33,443 bases of DNA. Origin: Barthelona sp. PAP020. Lineage: Eukaryota. Of the stretch, positions 9,429-18,534 are shown one piece after another. The stretch covers positions 1-33,443 of the forward strand of contig JARQWU010000097.1 in assembly GCA_040182905.1 (NCBI GenBank). The letters are read 5' to 3'. The notes beneath the pieces were generated by a model. It ran no database searches. It had not been told where the DNA came from and saw only the letters and a program-made list of their open reading frames with translations. Each line of letters opens with the position of its first letter. Positions within the stretch are counted from its first letter, which is position 1. The translations under genes and the position numbers were made by a program.

Positions 9429-11009
9429 ATGGTATGGTCATTCATGAATTACAACTAACTTTTCTAGGTCTTTCAATTACTTGTTGAATCAGCTTTTGGT
9501 TATTCATTGTTTGAGATTGATGGATTTGAAGAAATTGCAGACAACATTCCTGCCGTTCAAGAAGCTGTTTTAGACCTTCAAAAATTCACCAGAATTTGCA
9601 CTTTAAAAAATATGTATCCTTTTGAAAACCCAGAAGAAGCTCTCGATGGTGCAGTTAAAATTGCAGAAGGTATTGTTCCAAAATCTTTGCAATTATTTTT
9701 AAGCCATGCTTTACCTACTTCTAAGAAGACTAAATTTGTTTTGGGAGTTATTGATTCACGTTTGGCTCATTCAATTGGAGAAAGTTTCAAAGTTTCCTGT
9801 CGTTGTGACTCTGTTATCAATGAACTTTGCCGTGGAATCCGTTATCATTTACCCAAATTACTTAAGGCTATTAGTGAAGAAGATTTGAAGAGATCTAGAC
9901 TTGGTTTGGCTCATGCCTATTCCAGAACAAAAGTTAAATTTAATGCTCAACGTGCTGATACTATGATTAATGCCACCGTATCTTTGTTCGAACAATTTAC
10001 ACAGAATACAAATTCAATGAACATGAGATTAAGAGATTGGTATACCCCACATTTCCCTGAATTGACAACTTTAATCTCTGATATTGGTTTATACGCTAAG
10101 TTGGTTCAAGCTATTGGAGATAAAGGAAAATTAACTGAAGATGATTTATCCAGACTTGCTGAAGTTACTGAATCTGATGAACTTGCTGCTGATATTTTAA
10201 AAGCTGCTAGAACAAGTTTCGGTTGTGATTTGCCCGAGGAAGATATTGAAAATATTGTTATGTTTGCAGCAGATGTTTTAGAGCATCATGCTTCCACTCA
10301 AAGATTATTGGGTTATCTTGATGATAAAATTGGTAATGTCGCTCCTTCTGTTCAATGTGTTGTTGGTACTCACATGGCTGCTAAATTGTTGTCGCATGCC
10401 GGTTCATTGGTAAGTTTAGCCAAAATGCCTGCTTCCACTATTCAAATTATTGGTGCTGAAAAAGCATTATTCAGAGCTTTAAAGAAACGTAAAAAAACTC
10501 CTAAGTATGGTTATCTCTTCAATTCTACATTTGTTGGAAGAGTTCCTCCATCAATGAAGGGTAGAATGGCAAGAAATGTTGCTCATTCACTTGCTAGGGC
10601 TTCCCGTTTTGATGCTTTTAGTCCTCTTAGAACTCGTGTTTATGGTGAAGCTTTAGCACAAGGCATTGAAGAAAGAGTTGCCTATTATAAAAATGGTCAA
10701 TCACCAAAGAAATCTGAAGAAATTATGGGCAGTGTTTTGGAAGAAATTCACAGATTAGAAAAAGAGGAATCCAAGAAAGCTGAACCTATTTTGGAAGAAG
10801 ATGATGAAGAAGTAGAAATGGAAACACAATTTGATAATGAAAAGGAAGTGGAAGAAGAAAAAGAAGAAGCTGTGAAGGAAAAGAAAGAAAAGAAAGAAAA
10901 GAAGGAAAAAAAAAACAAAAAAGAAAAGAAAGATAAAAAGGATAAAAAATCAAGCAAAGATAAGAAAGAAAAAAAGGAAAAGAAAGAGAAAAAGAAATCC
11001 AAAGACTAA
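9429..11009 (+). CDS. NOP56: Nucleolar protein NOP56; join(9429-9431, 9468-11009)
   Basis: Splicing gives M-VFQLLVESAFGYSLFE, the conserved Nop56 start. Also GLAHAYSRTKVKFN, PASTIQIIGAEKALFRAL, TPKYG and a KKE/D tail. Confidence 0.95.
9432..9467 (+). other. Spliceosomal intron, 36 nt, directly after the NOP56 ATG
   Basis: GTATGG...ACTAACTTTTCTAG. It contains an in-frame TAA, and its removal restores the conserved N-terminus. Confidence 0.92.
10877..11005 (+). repeat. KKE/KKD low-complexity tail of NOP56
   Basis: Iterated aagaaagaa-type units encoding KKEKKEKKE. Confidence 0.8.
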
Positions 11010-11067
11010 ATTAGTTACGTTGCACGTTATTTTAAATAAATTGATTTTTCGGTATTTTTTTTTTTTT

Positions 11068-11505
11068 TCTTGCACAAACCTTTTCCAGAACTTTTCTAAA
11101 TGAGAGACTGGAAACCTCAGTTGATCAATAATTAATAAACCATAATCTTTATTCTTTTCGGGGGGGTCCAGCGTTCCTGAAAGGAAACTTTCTTTTTTGA
11201 GACTTGCTCTTTCATAGGCTGTCATAGGAGAACTACACATTGGGGATTGTAAGATGCTGCTTTAATAATTGCTCAAAATAGCTCAGACATATTTGAAATT
11301 TATCTTGATGGTGCAAGTTTTTTTGCATCAACCGTGGTAGGTCAAAAATTTGGGAGTAGGTTAAAAATAAGTTCCGTACCTTAGCAAAAAAGAAGAATCG
11401 AAAAATTTCGATCAGACAAAAATAATAGGTTTTGGAACAACCCTCATTTTTTCTTTGATTATAATTGAGCAGATTAGAGAATTGCAAAAGTACACCATTT
11501 GGTGA
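11068..11505. ncRNA. Candidate structured non-coding RNA(s) of unidentified family
   Basis: GC-richer interval between convergent NOP56 and ASF1, with no convincing CDS and several stems (see findings). Confidence 0.35.
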
Positions 11506-11572
11506 ACTTGTTATTCAAAAAATAAATTAATTAAAAAATCAACACATGAAATGTTTATACACAATGTATGAC

Positions 11573-12085
11573 TCATATGGACCAATCAATTTTATATCTG
11601 GTTAAAGTTGGTTTATTGTCTTTGATAATCCAGACCAATTTTGAACGATCAAGTTCATCAGGAACATCATCTGTCTCAGATTTTAAGACTAGATTACCAG
11701 TATCTTCATCGACATCTTCATAGAATATAGAAGCTAAAAATCCAATAGTACAAAATTGTTGTTCTTTAAAATAACAACGAATCATAAAACCAGCAGATCC
11801 AACGAGATTATCATCATCTAATTCAGAAAGATCAGGGATCTCAACATGAAAGGAAAAACTTGTTGGACCAGAGGGAATTGGATCTCCAACAGAACATTCA
11901 TCCAAAAATATATCCTCTTCCTGTGTTCCAAGTAATAACATGGCATGAAAATCTAAATATTCATCAATTTCTTTCAAAGAATCAAAATCAATTTGTACAT
12001 CGAATTCTTGCAATAAATAGCCTTGAGACTTTTGAAATCTCACATTTAAAATATTAATTAATGGTATTACTTTAGAATAATCCAT
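11573..12085 (-). CDS. ASF1: Histone chaperone ASF1 family, divergent
   Basis: FDVQIDFDSL, D..LD..SVG.PIPSG...F.F, F..IGF and the terminal KPTLTRYKIDW align with the ASF1 core. Confidence 0.88.
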   Translation of the reverse strand: MDYSKVIPLINILNVRFQKSQGYLLQEFDVQIDFDSLKEIDEYLDFHAMLLLGTQEEDIFLDECSVGDPIPSGPTSFSFHVEIPDLSELDDDNLVGSAGFMIRCYFKEQQFCTIGFLASIFYEDVDEDTGNLVLKSETDDVPDELDRSKLVWIIKDNKPTLTRYKIDWSI

Positions 12086-12138
12086 GCAAAATCAATAAAA
12101 TATTAACAAAAAAAATAATTTATTTATTTTGGTATAAT

Positions 12139-13275
12139 ATGGATTTTGCAATTCATACAATACCAAAAAATGTACAATTAGAATTTGGAGATGGTATATT
12201 AAAAGAATTTCATGAATTTAGGGCTAATTTATAAGATCATAATGTTCAAAGTGAATTTACCATTAAAAATACAATAGATAGACATGTAATTGTTAAAATT
12301 TTAACAAATAGGAAAGAAAGATATTCTGTAATTCCACCAATTGGTATTATTGAACCTAAAAGGAGCATTAAAATATGTATTCAAGCTACGGAATTTCTTG
12401 CTTATGAGGAAGAATCTTCAAAAGATAAATTTAGAATCAGTTTTACTGAATCAAATGATGATTTAATTTTAAAAGAACTGAAAGATTTCTTGATTTGTGA
12501 CGATTTAGAAGGATTTAAGAAAAGTTTAAGAGAAAATGATATTAAATTAAACAATCATATCGATATTAAGGTTGATTCTTCGGCAATTACAAACATTGAC
12601 TATCAGCCCACTCAACATCAAATTCAGACATCTATTGATACAAGAAGGCTTCAAAATTTGTTGGCAGATTCAAATGAAAAGAATGAAATGTTAATCAAAG
12701 AGAATGATCAATTGAAACAAATATATATAAATGAAAAGGAAAATAATGAAAGCAAAGAGAAAGATATTCAAAATTTGATTGTGCAAAATAAGGAGTTAAT
12801 TAAAGAAAATGAACAACTACGAATTTTACAGGAAAGTCTACAAATTGAACTTACTAACCTTGAAAAGAACCGTAATCAGGTGGAAATTCCCTTTGAAAAA
12901 CAAAAAGATGACGTAGGTTCTTTTGAAACGACATTAAATGAGGAAATTGAAGAAGAAGAAAAAGAAGAGGAATTATTCACTGAGGTTCATGATTTTGATG
13001 AAAAAGATGATGATGACTTTGAAAGCGTTTCAATTGAATCAGAAAATGAAAATGAAAATGAAAATGAGAATATGTCCAATGACTCACTGAAGGAAAATAT
13101 TGACAAAGAATTCAATCAAACAAAAAAATTGAAAGATTCTTTTGAAAATGAAATTTTGTTTCCAAAGAGACATAGTTTTTCGAACAAACCATTTGATTCG
13201 TCTGATAAAAACTTTTTCACCATTTTAGCGTTAGTTTTCTTATTGGGTATTTTATTAGGCCAATTTATAAATTAA
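12139..13275 (+). CDS. VAP-type protein (MSP domain + coiled coil + C-terminal TM); join(12139-12193, 12236-13275)
   Basis: The spliced N-terminus FTIKNTIDRHVIVKILTNRKERYSVIPPIGIIEPKRSIKICI...SKDKFRI is an MSP domain missed by the ORF track. Tail anchor FFTILALVFLLGILLGQFIN. Confidence 0.88.
12194..12235 (+). other. Spliceosomal intron, 42 nt
   Basis: GTATAT...GCTAATTTATAAG. It contains the only in-frame stop (TAA) between ATG 12139 and the downstream ORF. Confidence 0.82.
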
Positions 13276-13441
13276 ACATACAAGATATCCCATAAAAAGA
13301 AAGATTTATTTTATTTTTTCAAAGATAAAAGCTTGTTTATTTAGTCCAATTGAATAAACAGTCAATGATTTTTGAGTAGACAAAGAATATTCAATCAAAA
13401 AATTTTTTGTTTTATCAATTACTGGATAATTTCATTATACA

Positions 13442-14677
13442 ATGCACAGTGCTAGATATCCTCTGCCATTAGAAGAAATAGAAACAGATTGGGATTCATT
13501 TGATGAACATTTTTATGAAAAAGATGGTTGTCAATATACAAGACCCTATTATTTTCAATATCGATCGAATGTAAAGGGTAGATGGGTAGATAAAACTGTT
13601 TTACAAGTATTATGTGAAGAGTTTGGTGAAAGAAATAGGGATTATTTTGTTGAACACATTGAAAGTCAGGATGTTTTGATAAACAATAAACCAACTACCG
13701 TTGATACACGTATGAAATTAGGAATGCAAATGGTTCATCGTGTTTTAAAGAGAGAAATACCTGTTTTAGCCAAAGAGAAGCCAATTGTATTGGGTATGTT
13801 TGAAAATGTTGTAGCATTTTATAAACCTGCATCTTACCCTTGTCATGCTGTTGGTCGATATTTTAAGAACACACTGGCTGGTTGGTATGAATTGAGAGCA
13901 ACAAAAATTCCTTCTATGCCACGGCCATTTTTCATTAATCGGTTAGATAAAGTTACATCAGGTGTTATTTTATGTGCTAAAGATGGAAAAACAGCCGATG
14001 ATTACAGAATCAAATTTAGGGACAAAGGAATGGCTAAATTATACCTTGCGCTTGTGGCAGGCGAATTTCCGGAAGGAATTCAATTCAATGATGGAAATTT
14101 AAAGTCTTTCAATGATCCTAAGAAGCCGTGTGTTGTTGATCCGTCAGGTAAGGAAAGTATCACATTGTTTGAAAGAGTCGCATCATTTGATACAAAGGAT
14201 TTCGATAATTTTGACCCATGTTCTTCAGGGTTGGTTGCATCTGGAGTTGAGTCTAATGATCTTCCTGAAAAAATTTCTTTGGTGAAGTGCTGGCCTTTAA
14301 CCGGTAGAATGCATCAGATACGACTTCATTTAAAGGATTTGGGCTTTCCCATTGCAAATGATTCATTGTATAATGATGTTATCCCCATTGATAGAGAGAA
14401 TGAATTGAGTTGGTTTTTTGTCTTTTTGCACAGTCTGTGTTACAGTACGATGGACCTGATGATGAATGATGTGTTTATGGATGTGGTTCAAGAGAGAATC
14501 GATGGTGTTGTGAATTGTAGGTATTCAGAGTATTCTGAATTATGTTTTGTATCTCCCTTGCCAGATTGGGTTCAAAGGTTTGGAATTAGCTATTCTGACA
14601 TTGGGTCTTTTGCTCCTGATATTGAACTTTTGAATGAATGTTTGACAAAGTTAAGAAGTTCCACAAATGATTCGTAA
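13442..14677 (+). CDS. RluA-family pseudouridine synthase (RPUSD2/Pus8-9-like)
   Basis: PYYFQY...KGRW, KPASYPCH, catalytic NRLDKVTSG, PLTGRMHQIRLHL...GFPIAND.LY. Confidence 0.92.
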   Translation: MHSARYPLPLEEIETDWDSFDEHFYEKDGCQYTRPYYFQYRSNVKGRWVDKTVLQVLCEEFGERNRDYFVEHIESQDVLINNKPTTVDTRMKLGMQMVHRVLKREIPVLAKEKPIVLGMFENVVAFYKPASYPCHAVGRYFKNTLAGWYELRATKIPSMPRPFFINRLDKVTSGVILCAKDGKTADDYRIKFRDKGMAKLYLALVAGEFPEGIQFNDGNLKSFNDPKKPCVVDPSGKESITLFERVASFDTKDFDNFDPCSSGLVASGVESNDLPEKISLVKCWPLTGRMHQIRLHLKDLGFPIANDSLYNDVIPIDRENELSWFFVFLHSLCYSTMDLMMNDVFMDVVQERIDGVVNCRYSEYSELCFVSPLPDWVQRFGISYSDIGSFAPDIELLNECLTKLRSSTNDS

Positions 14678-14833
14678 TTTATTGGTCATAATTTGCCTGT
14701 CTGGTGTCTAATGTGATGGATTTTAGTCAAACAAAATAATTATTGTGGAAGAATTAATATTTTTTTGAGAAAGAAGAAAGTGATAAAATAAATTAAATTA
14801 AATTAAATGAAATTAAAAAATTCTTTTTTTTTT

Positions 14834-14909
14834 TTTCCTAGCCAAGAAGCACTGGGCGCATGAGTGAATAATCATAATGGGTTTTATTTGGTTTAAAGCT
14901 TTTATGCCC
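14834..14909 (+). repeat. Dispersed ~77-bp repeat, copy A
   Basis: tttcctagccaagaagcactgggcgcatgagtgaataa...tttatttggtttaaagcttttatgccc. Roughly 80% identical to copy B by eye. Confidence 0.9.
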
Positions 14910-15288
14910 TATTGAACGGTTGCAACAATGATTCTTACTAAAATGAAGAGATGTAACTTCAATGTTTTACTTCTTCAAAAATTGCAAAAGAACTAGAACA
15001 GGAAACATGATCCCAAGTTTACACTTGCCTGTCAAAATTGAATTTCTTGGTCCGGTTGTGAAACAACTATATTTATTTACAAAGAAAGTAAACTCAGAAA
15101 ACTCATTCCAGCAAATTTCAGTCAAAATCCCAGGAGGGGAATTGAGAGACTGAAATGTAATTGGAACGATCAAGTAGGAGAATTTCGGAGAAATTCTTCA
15201 TTCCTATTTTTTTGTATTTTTGCAAAAGCAAAATTTTAAAGTTTGAACTTTACCTTAGAAAATCTAAAGTTTTTCAACAGATCAATCG

Positions 15289-15365
15289 GGGCTTGAAAGC
15301 CTTTAACCAAATAAACGCCATTCTTTTTTATTCACTCATACGCACAGTGCTTCTTGGCTTGGAAA
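15289..15365 (-). repeat. Dispersed ~77-bp repeat, copy B (inverted relative to A and C)
   Basis: Reverse complement reads tttccaagccaagaagcactgtgcgtatgagtgaataaaaaagaatggcgtttatttggttaaaggctttcaagccc. Confidence 0.92.
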
Positions 15366-15459
15366 TAATCCAGTTCACTTCCTTCTCAACGTAAAACGTT
15401 CCTAAAATATTCCACTATGAAATTTCTCCTTTTCTTTACTCTGAAAGTTACATTATTTG

Positions 15460-15995
15460 ATCCCTACCCAAGAATTTGTTTGATATTTTTGAGATAATTG
15501 ATCAAAGGCCATTGATCATTTGTTCTACTAATCCAAAAAAGTCAAACGCGTCTTAAAAGAACAAAAGACAACTTAGTTAAAAGTAAATTGGAGGTATGAA
15601 GTTATTGGGATGGGATATTAAGCCTCATTTTTTTTTTGAAAACACCCCGATTTGACAGACTTGATGTTGTTGGAGGCTGTTGAATCAATATGCCAATTCG
15701 ACATGTTTGAGATTTCATATCCACCAACCTGTTAAATTGGTTCAAATTAAAGGAGTTTTCATCCAAATGATGAGAGACATCTCAACAATAAAAGGACAAA
15801 AGGTTTGAGATGTCCTATTTCTCCAATCATTTGAGTGTTTTGGTTTCATTTCATTTATGGATAGTTGACGTTGTTATAGAGATTTTAAATGACTCTGTGG
15901 TTGAAAAACAGCTTGAAAATGCATTAAATGATGAAATGAAAATATATTTTAAATTTACAAGTTGTAGAACCTGAGAAGCGAGGTGAAACATGTAA
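15460..15995 (+). ncRNA. Candidate multi-domain structured RNA / fold-back element
   Basis: Four to five consecutive long imperfect hairpins. The imperfect pairs are mostly G-U on the + strand, and the track shows no ORF here. Confidence 0.45.
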
Positions 15996-16030
15996 TCATG
16001 GGATATAAGTGCAAAATGCAAAGTGGAGTT

Positions 16031-18235
16031 TTACAGGTTTGAAGCAATGAATTCTTGGATTGGGGCATTTTTCAAAAAACCGCTACCACCACACAACAAA
16101 CAAGTTCCATCATGGTTGAGGGCCATAGTATAAATATCAAAAGACACACACACTCGCTGCAACACTTGACCTGTTTCTTTTCGAATTACAGCAAATGATC
16201 TATCATAAGAACCACAATAAATCAATGAACCATCTGGGGAGAAGATGATTGAGTATATCCCCTTATCATGAACCTTGTACTTTCCTACCAACTCTCCAGA
16301 TTCAACATCAAATATCCTGACTATACCATTACCAGCACCTGTCACCCAATAAGCCCCATCTGGTGAGAAGTTGCCTGAGTTGACCTTCTTTCCATCATGA
16401 CTCCACCTGTGAAGCTCTTCATACGTCTCCAATGAAAACAACTTTGAACATCCATCATGGCTGACAGATGCAAAGCACTTCATATCGGGACTGATACGTA
16501 CAGACTGAACATTTTTTTCATGAGCTCGAGATTCATGCAACTTCTGTCCTTCGACCGTATATATCGCAATGTAACCTCTACCCATACCAAAAGAAAACAA
16601 TTTGCCATCTGGTGAAAACCACACACGTTTTACATGCCTTGGGATGCCCCAATTCACTCTTAATGTTCTCCAAGTATCAACCTCAATGATATGAATTGCT
16701 GGACCAAAACCACCAAGAGCCAATAGTTTGGAGTCTGCATTGAAATTGAGACCAATAGCATTTACATACTCCCCTTCATGCACAATTTCATGTGTTTCAG
16801 CGTTGTAGACTCTGAGTAATTTACTATTACATCCTGCAACCGCAAAAAAGCGTCCATTTGGGCTGTAATCAACAGCAAAAACCTGAGTATCAGGAAACTG
16901 TTCACTAAACGCAGGCTTTTCTTCAAATCTTTCGACTGCACGAACAATTTGCTTTCCATTTTCATTGAATGGTTCTTTTCTATTGTTATTCATAAGTTCA
17001 TTCAATTGGTTTGTCAAAAGATTGACTTGATTTGTTAATTCTTGGTTTTTATTTATCCAGTTTCTTTTTTCTTCCATAAAATTGTCTGCTTGATTGATCA
17101 ATTCTTTGTTTTTATTCATCCATTTCTCCTCTTTAGCTTTCAACTCATTGTTTTCATCAGTCAATTCTTGGTTTTTTCTTCTTAATTTCTCTTTTATAAT
17201 CTTGAAATCATCAACCTTCCTTGTCAAACTTTGAACCCTCTCATCATAAATCTTGTTTTCCTCTTTCAACACAGCATTCTCCTTCACCAACCTCTTCTCG
17301 TCGAAACCCAACCCCTCAAAACGCTCAATCAGCATCTGCAAATACTCAGTAATCTCACTGAATGTTGGTCTGGAAGCTGCCTCAACATTCAGACACATCT
17401 TGATGATTCCAAACCCAGGTATTGTGTCTAACAATTCTTGAGCATACGGAGGCTGACCCTTGATCAATTTTGCTATGACTTTCAACTCACTTAACCCTTC
17501 AAAAGGAACAAAACCAGATACTACTTGAGCCAACATAACACCAAAGGACCAGGCGTCAACAGCTGTTCCTATTATGTTCTCCTCTTCATTGGCCAACTCA
17601 GGAGCAGCATATCTCGCAGCACCCATCATGGAATTAGCGGAGCTCCTGCTTGTATCACGAACAAGCCCAAAATCGGCGATTGCAGGAGTATATACACCAT
17701 CTACTCCACGTCTCAATAAAACATTGTTTGGCTTAAGATCCCTATGCATAACACCTTTCCCATGACAAAACTCAAGTGCAGTGGAAACTTGCATCATGAT
17801 AATCAACTTCTCCTTCAAAGATAACTCTGGTATCATTTCCTCCAGATCGGCATCACAATATTCCATCACAACAGCCTTTTTGTACTCAATCTCAGTAACT
17901 CCAAAGACCTGACGAATAAAGGGGTGATTTAAAACCATAGGAAAGCATTCTCTGGTAAGTTCAGCATCAGTAATTTTTTCAACTTTATCAACAAATACTT
18001 TGATAACTACCATCTTTCCATGTCTTTTGGCAAGATGTAATAGCCCAAATCCACCGATTTTGAAGTCTCTTTCTACTATTTCAAACTCCCCTTCTGGTAT
18101 ATTGATGTCATTCGATTTCAAAAAATTATCCAATTTTTCAAAAGCATCTTCTTCTGGTTCTTTAACAATGTTTCTACGCTTCTTTGCACGTTGTTCTAGT
18201 TCGTATGATCCTTGGTTTTCTTCGAAGGTGAACAT
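16031..18235 (-). CDS. Ser/Thr protein kinase - coiled coil - WD40 propeller fusion
   Basis: GGFG loop, VIK, HRDLKPNN, DFG, YAAPE and DAWSFG, then a heptad region and ~7 WD40 repeats. Confidence 0.93.
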   Translation of the reverse strand: MFTFEENQGSYELEQRAKKRRNIVKEPEEDAFEKLDNFLKSNDINIPEGEFEIVERDFKIGGFGLLHLAKRHGKMVVIKVFVDKVEKITDAELTRECFPMVLNHPFIRQVFGVTEIEYKKAVVMEYCDADLEEMIPELSLKEKLIIMMQVSTALEFCHGKGVMHRDLKPNNVLLRRGVDGVYTPAIADFGLVRDTSRSSANSMMGAARYAAPELANEEENIIGTAVDAWSFGVMLAQVVSGFVPFEGLSELKVIAKLIKGQPPYAQELLDTIPGFGIIKMCLNVEAASRPTFSEITEYLQMLIERFEGLGFDEKRLVKENAVLKEENKIYDERVQSLTRKVDDFKIIKEKLRRKNQELTDENNELKAKEEKWMNKNKELINQADNFMEEKRNWINKNQELTNQVNLLTNQLNELMNNNRKEPFNENGKQIVRAVERFEEKPAFSEQFPDTQVFAVDYSPNGRFFAVAGCNSKLLRVYNAETHEIVHEGEYVNAIGLNFNADSKLLALGGFGPAIHIIEVDTWRTLRVNWGIPRHVKRVWFSPDGKLFSFGMGRGYIAIYTVEGQKLHESRAHEKNVQSVRISPDMKCFASVSHDGCSKLFSLETYEELHRWSHDGKKVNSGNFSPDGAYWVTGAGNGIVRIFDVESGELVGKYKVHDKGIYSIIFSPDGSLIYCGSYDRSFAVIRKETGQVLQRVCVSFDIYTMALNHDGTCLLCGGSGFLKNAPIQEFIASNL
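17020..17190 (-). repeat. 63-nt (21-aa) tandem repeat, ~3 units, in the coiled coil
   Basis: aattctt(g/t)gttttt recurs near 17037, 17100 and 17163. The protein reads KNQELT / KNKELI / KNQELT. Confidence 0.75.
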
Positions 18236-18457
18236 GGGTAAATAAAAATAACAATGAACTGTTGAAAAATGTCTTTCATCTTTTTTTTTAGCTTTTTGTT
18301 GGAATTTTAGTTTATTTTATTGTTCAAAAAAGTTATCAAATATTTTGTTGTGTATTTGTTATTTACCTGAAAAGAGCCATTTTAAAAGAAATTTTGTTTC
18401 TAAACAATTCTGAAGATGGATCCATTAAGAAAACAGGAAGTCATCACTAGTAAATTG

Positions 18458-18534
18458 TTTCCAAGCCAAGAAACACTATGCGTGTGAGTGAATAAAAAAG
18501 AATAGTGTTTATTTGGTTAAGGCTTTCGAGGCCC
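18458..18534 (+). repeat. Dispersed ~77-bp repeat, copy C
   Basis: tttccaagccaagaaacactatgcgtgtgagtgaataaaaaagaatagtgtttatttggttaaggctttcgaggccc. About 8 differences from copy B. Confidence 0.92.

Noticed and set aside
9432..9467. TAA read-through or an alternative genetic code to explain in-frame stops in NOP56, VAP and AP3M
   Set aside because: Canonical splice signals remove each stop and restore the conserved N-termini, and all three stop codons end conserved genes.
11007..11010. TAAA overlapping stop codons as a Trichomonas-style poly(A) signal
   Set aside because: Most TAA stops are followed by A, but the sample is small and A is the commonest base, so it cannot be distinguished from chance.
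11199..11240. U3-like TTCATAGG...ATAGGA (+) and U2-like GTGTAGT (-) words
   Set aside because: U3 box A (GGATCA) and the U2 GCTAAGATCA context are missing.
10950..11487. Two overlapping minus-strand ORFs as a frameshifted protein gene
   Set aside because: There is no recognisable domain, one ORF has a TTG start, and the other runs through a homopolymer into the NOP56 tail. Not fully excluded.
14962..15394. Short ORFs between repeats A and B as a transposase remnant
   Set aside because: They are 63-77 aa with no DDE, HUH or zinc-finger motif.
15928..15974. C/D snoRNA (ATGATGA...CTGA)
   Set aside because: Too short, with no terminal stem and no recognisable rRNA guide. The C box lies within a hairpin arm.
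15640..16030. Group I/II intron or H/ACA snoRNA identity for the hairpin array
   Set aside because: No valid P7 G-binding pair, no domain V consensus, and no ACA tail after the second hairpin.
14834..18534. CRISPR-like array from the 77-bp repeats
   Set aside because: Only three copies, in mixed orientation and irregularly spaced, with no cas genes and a eukaryotic context.
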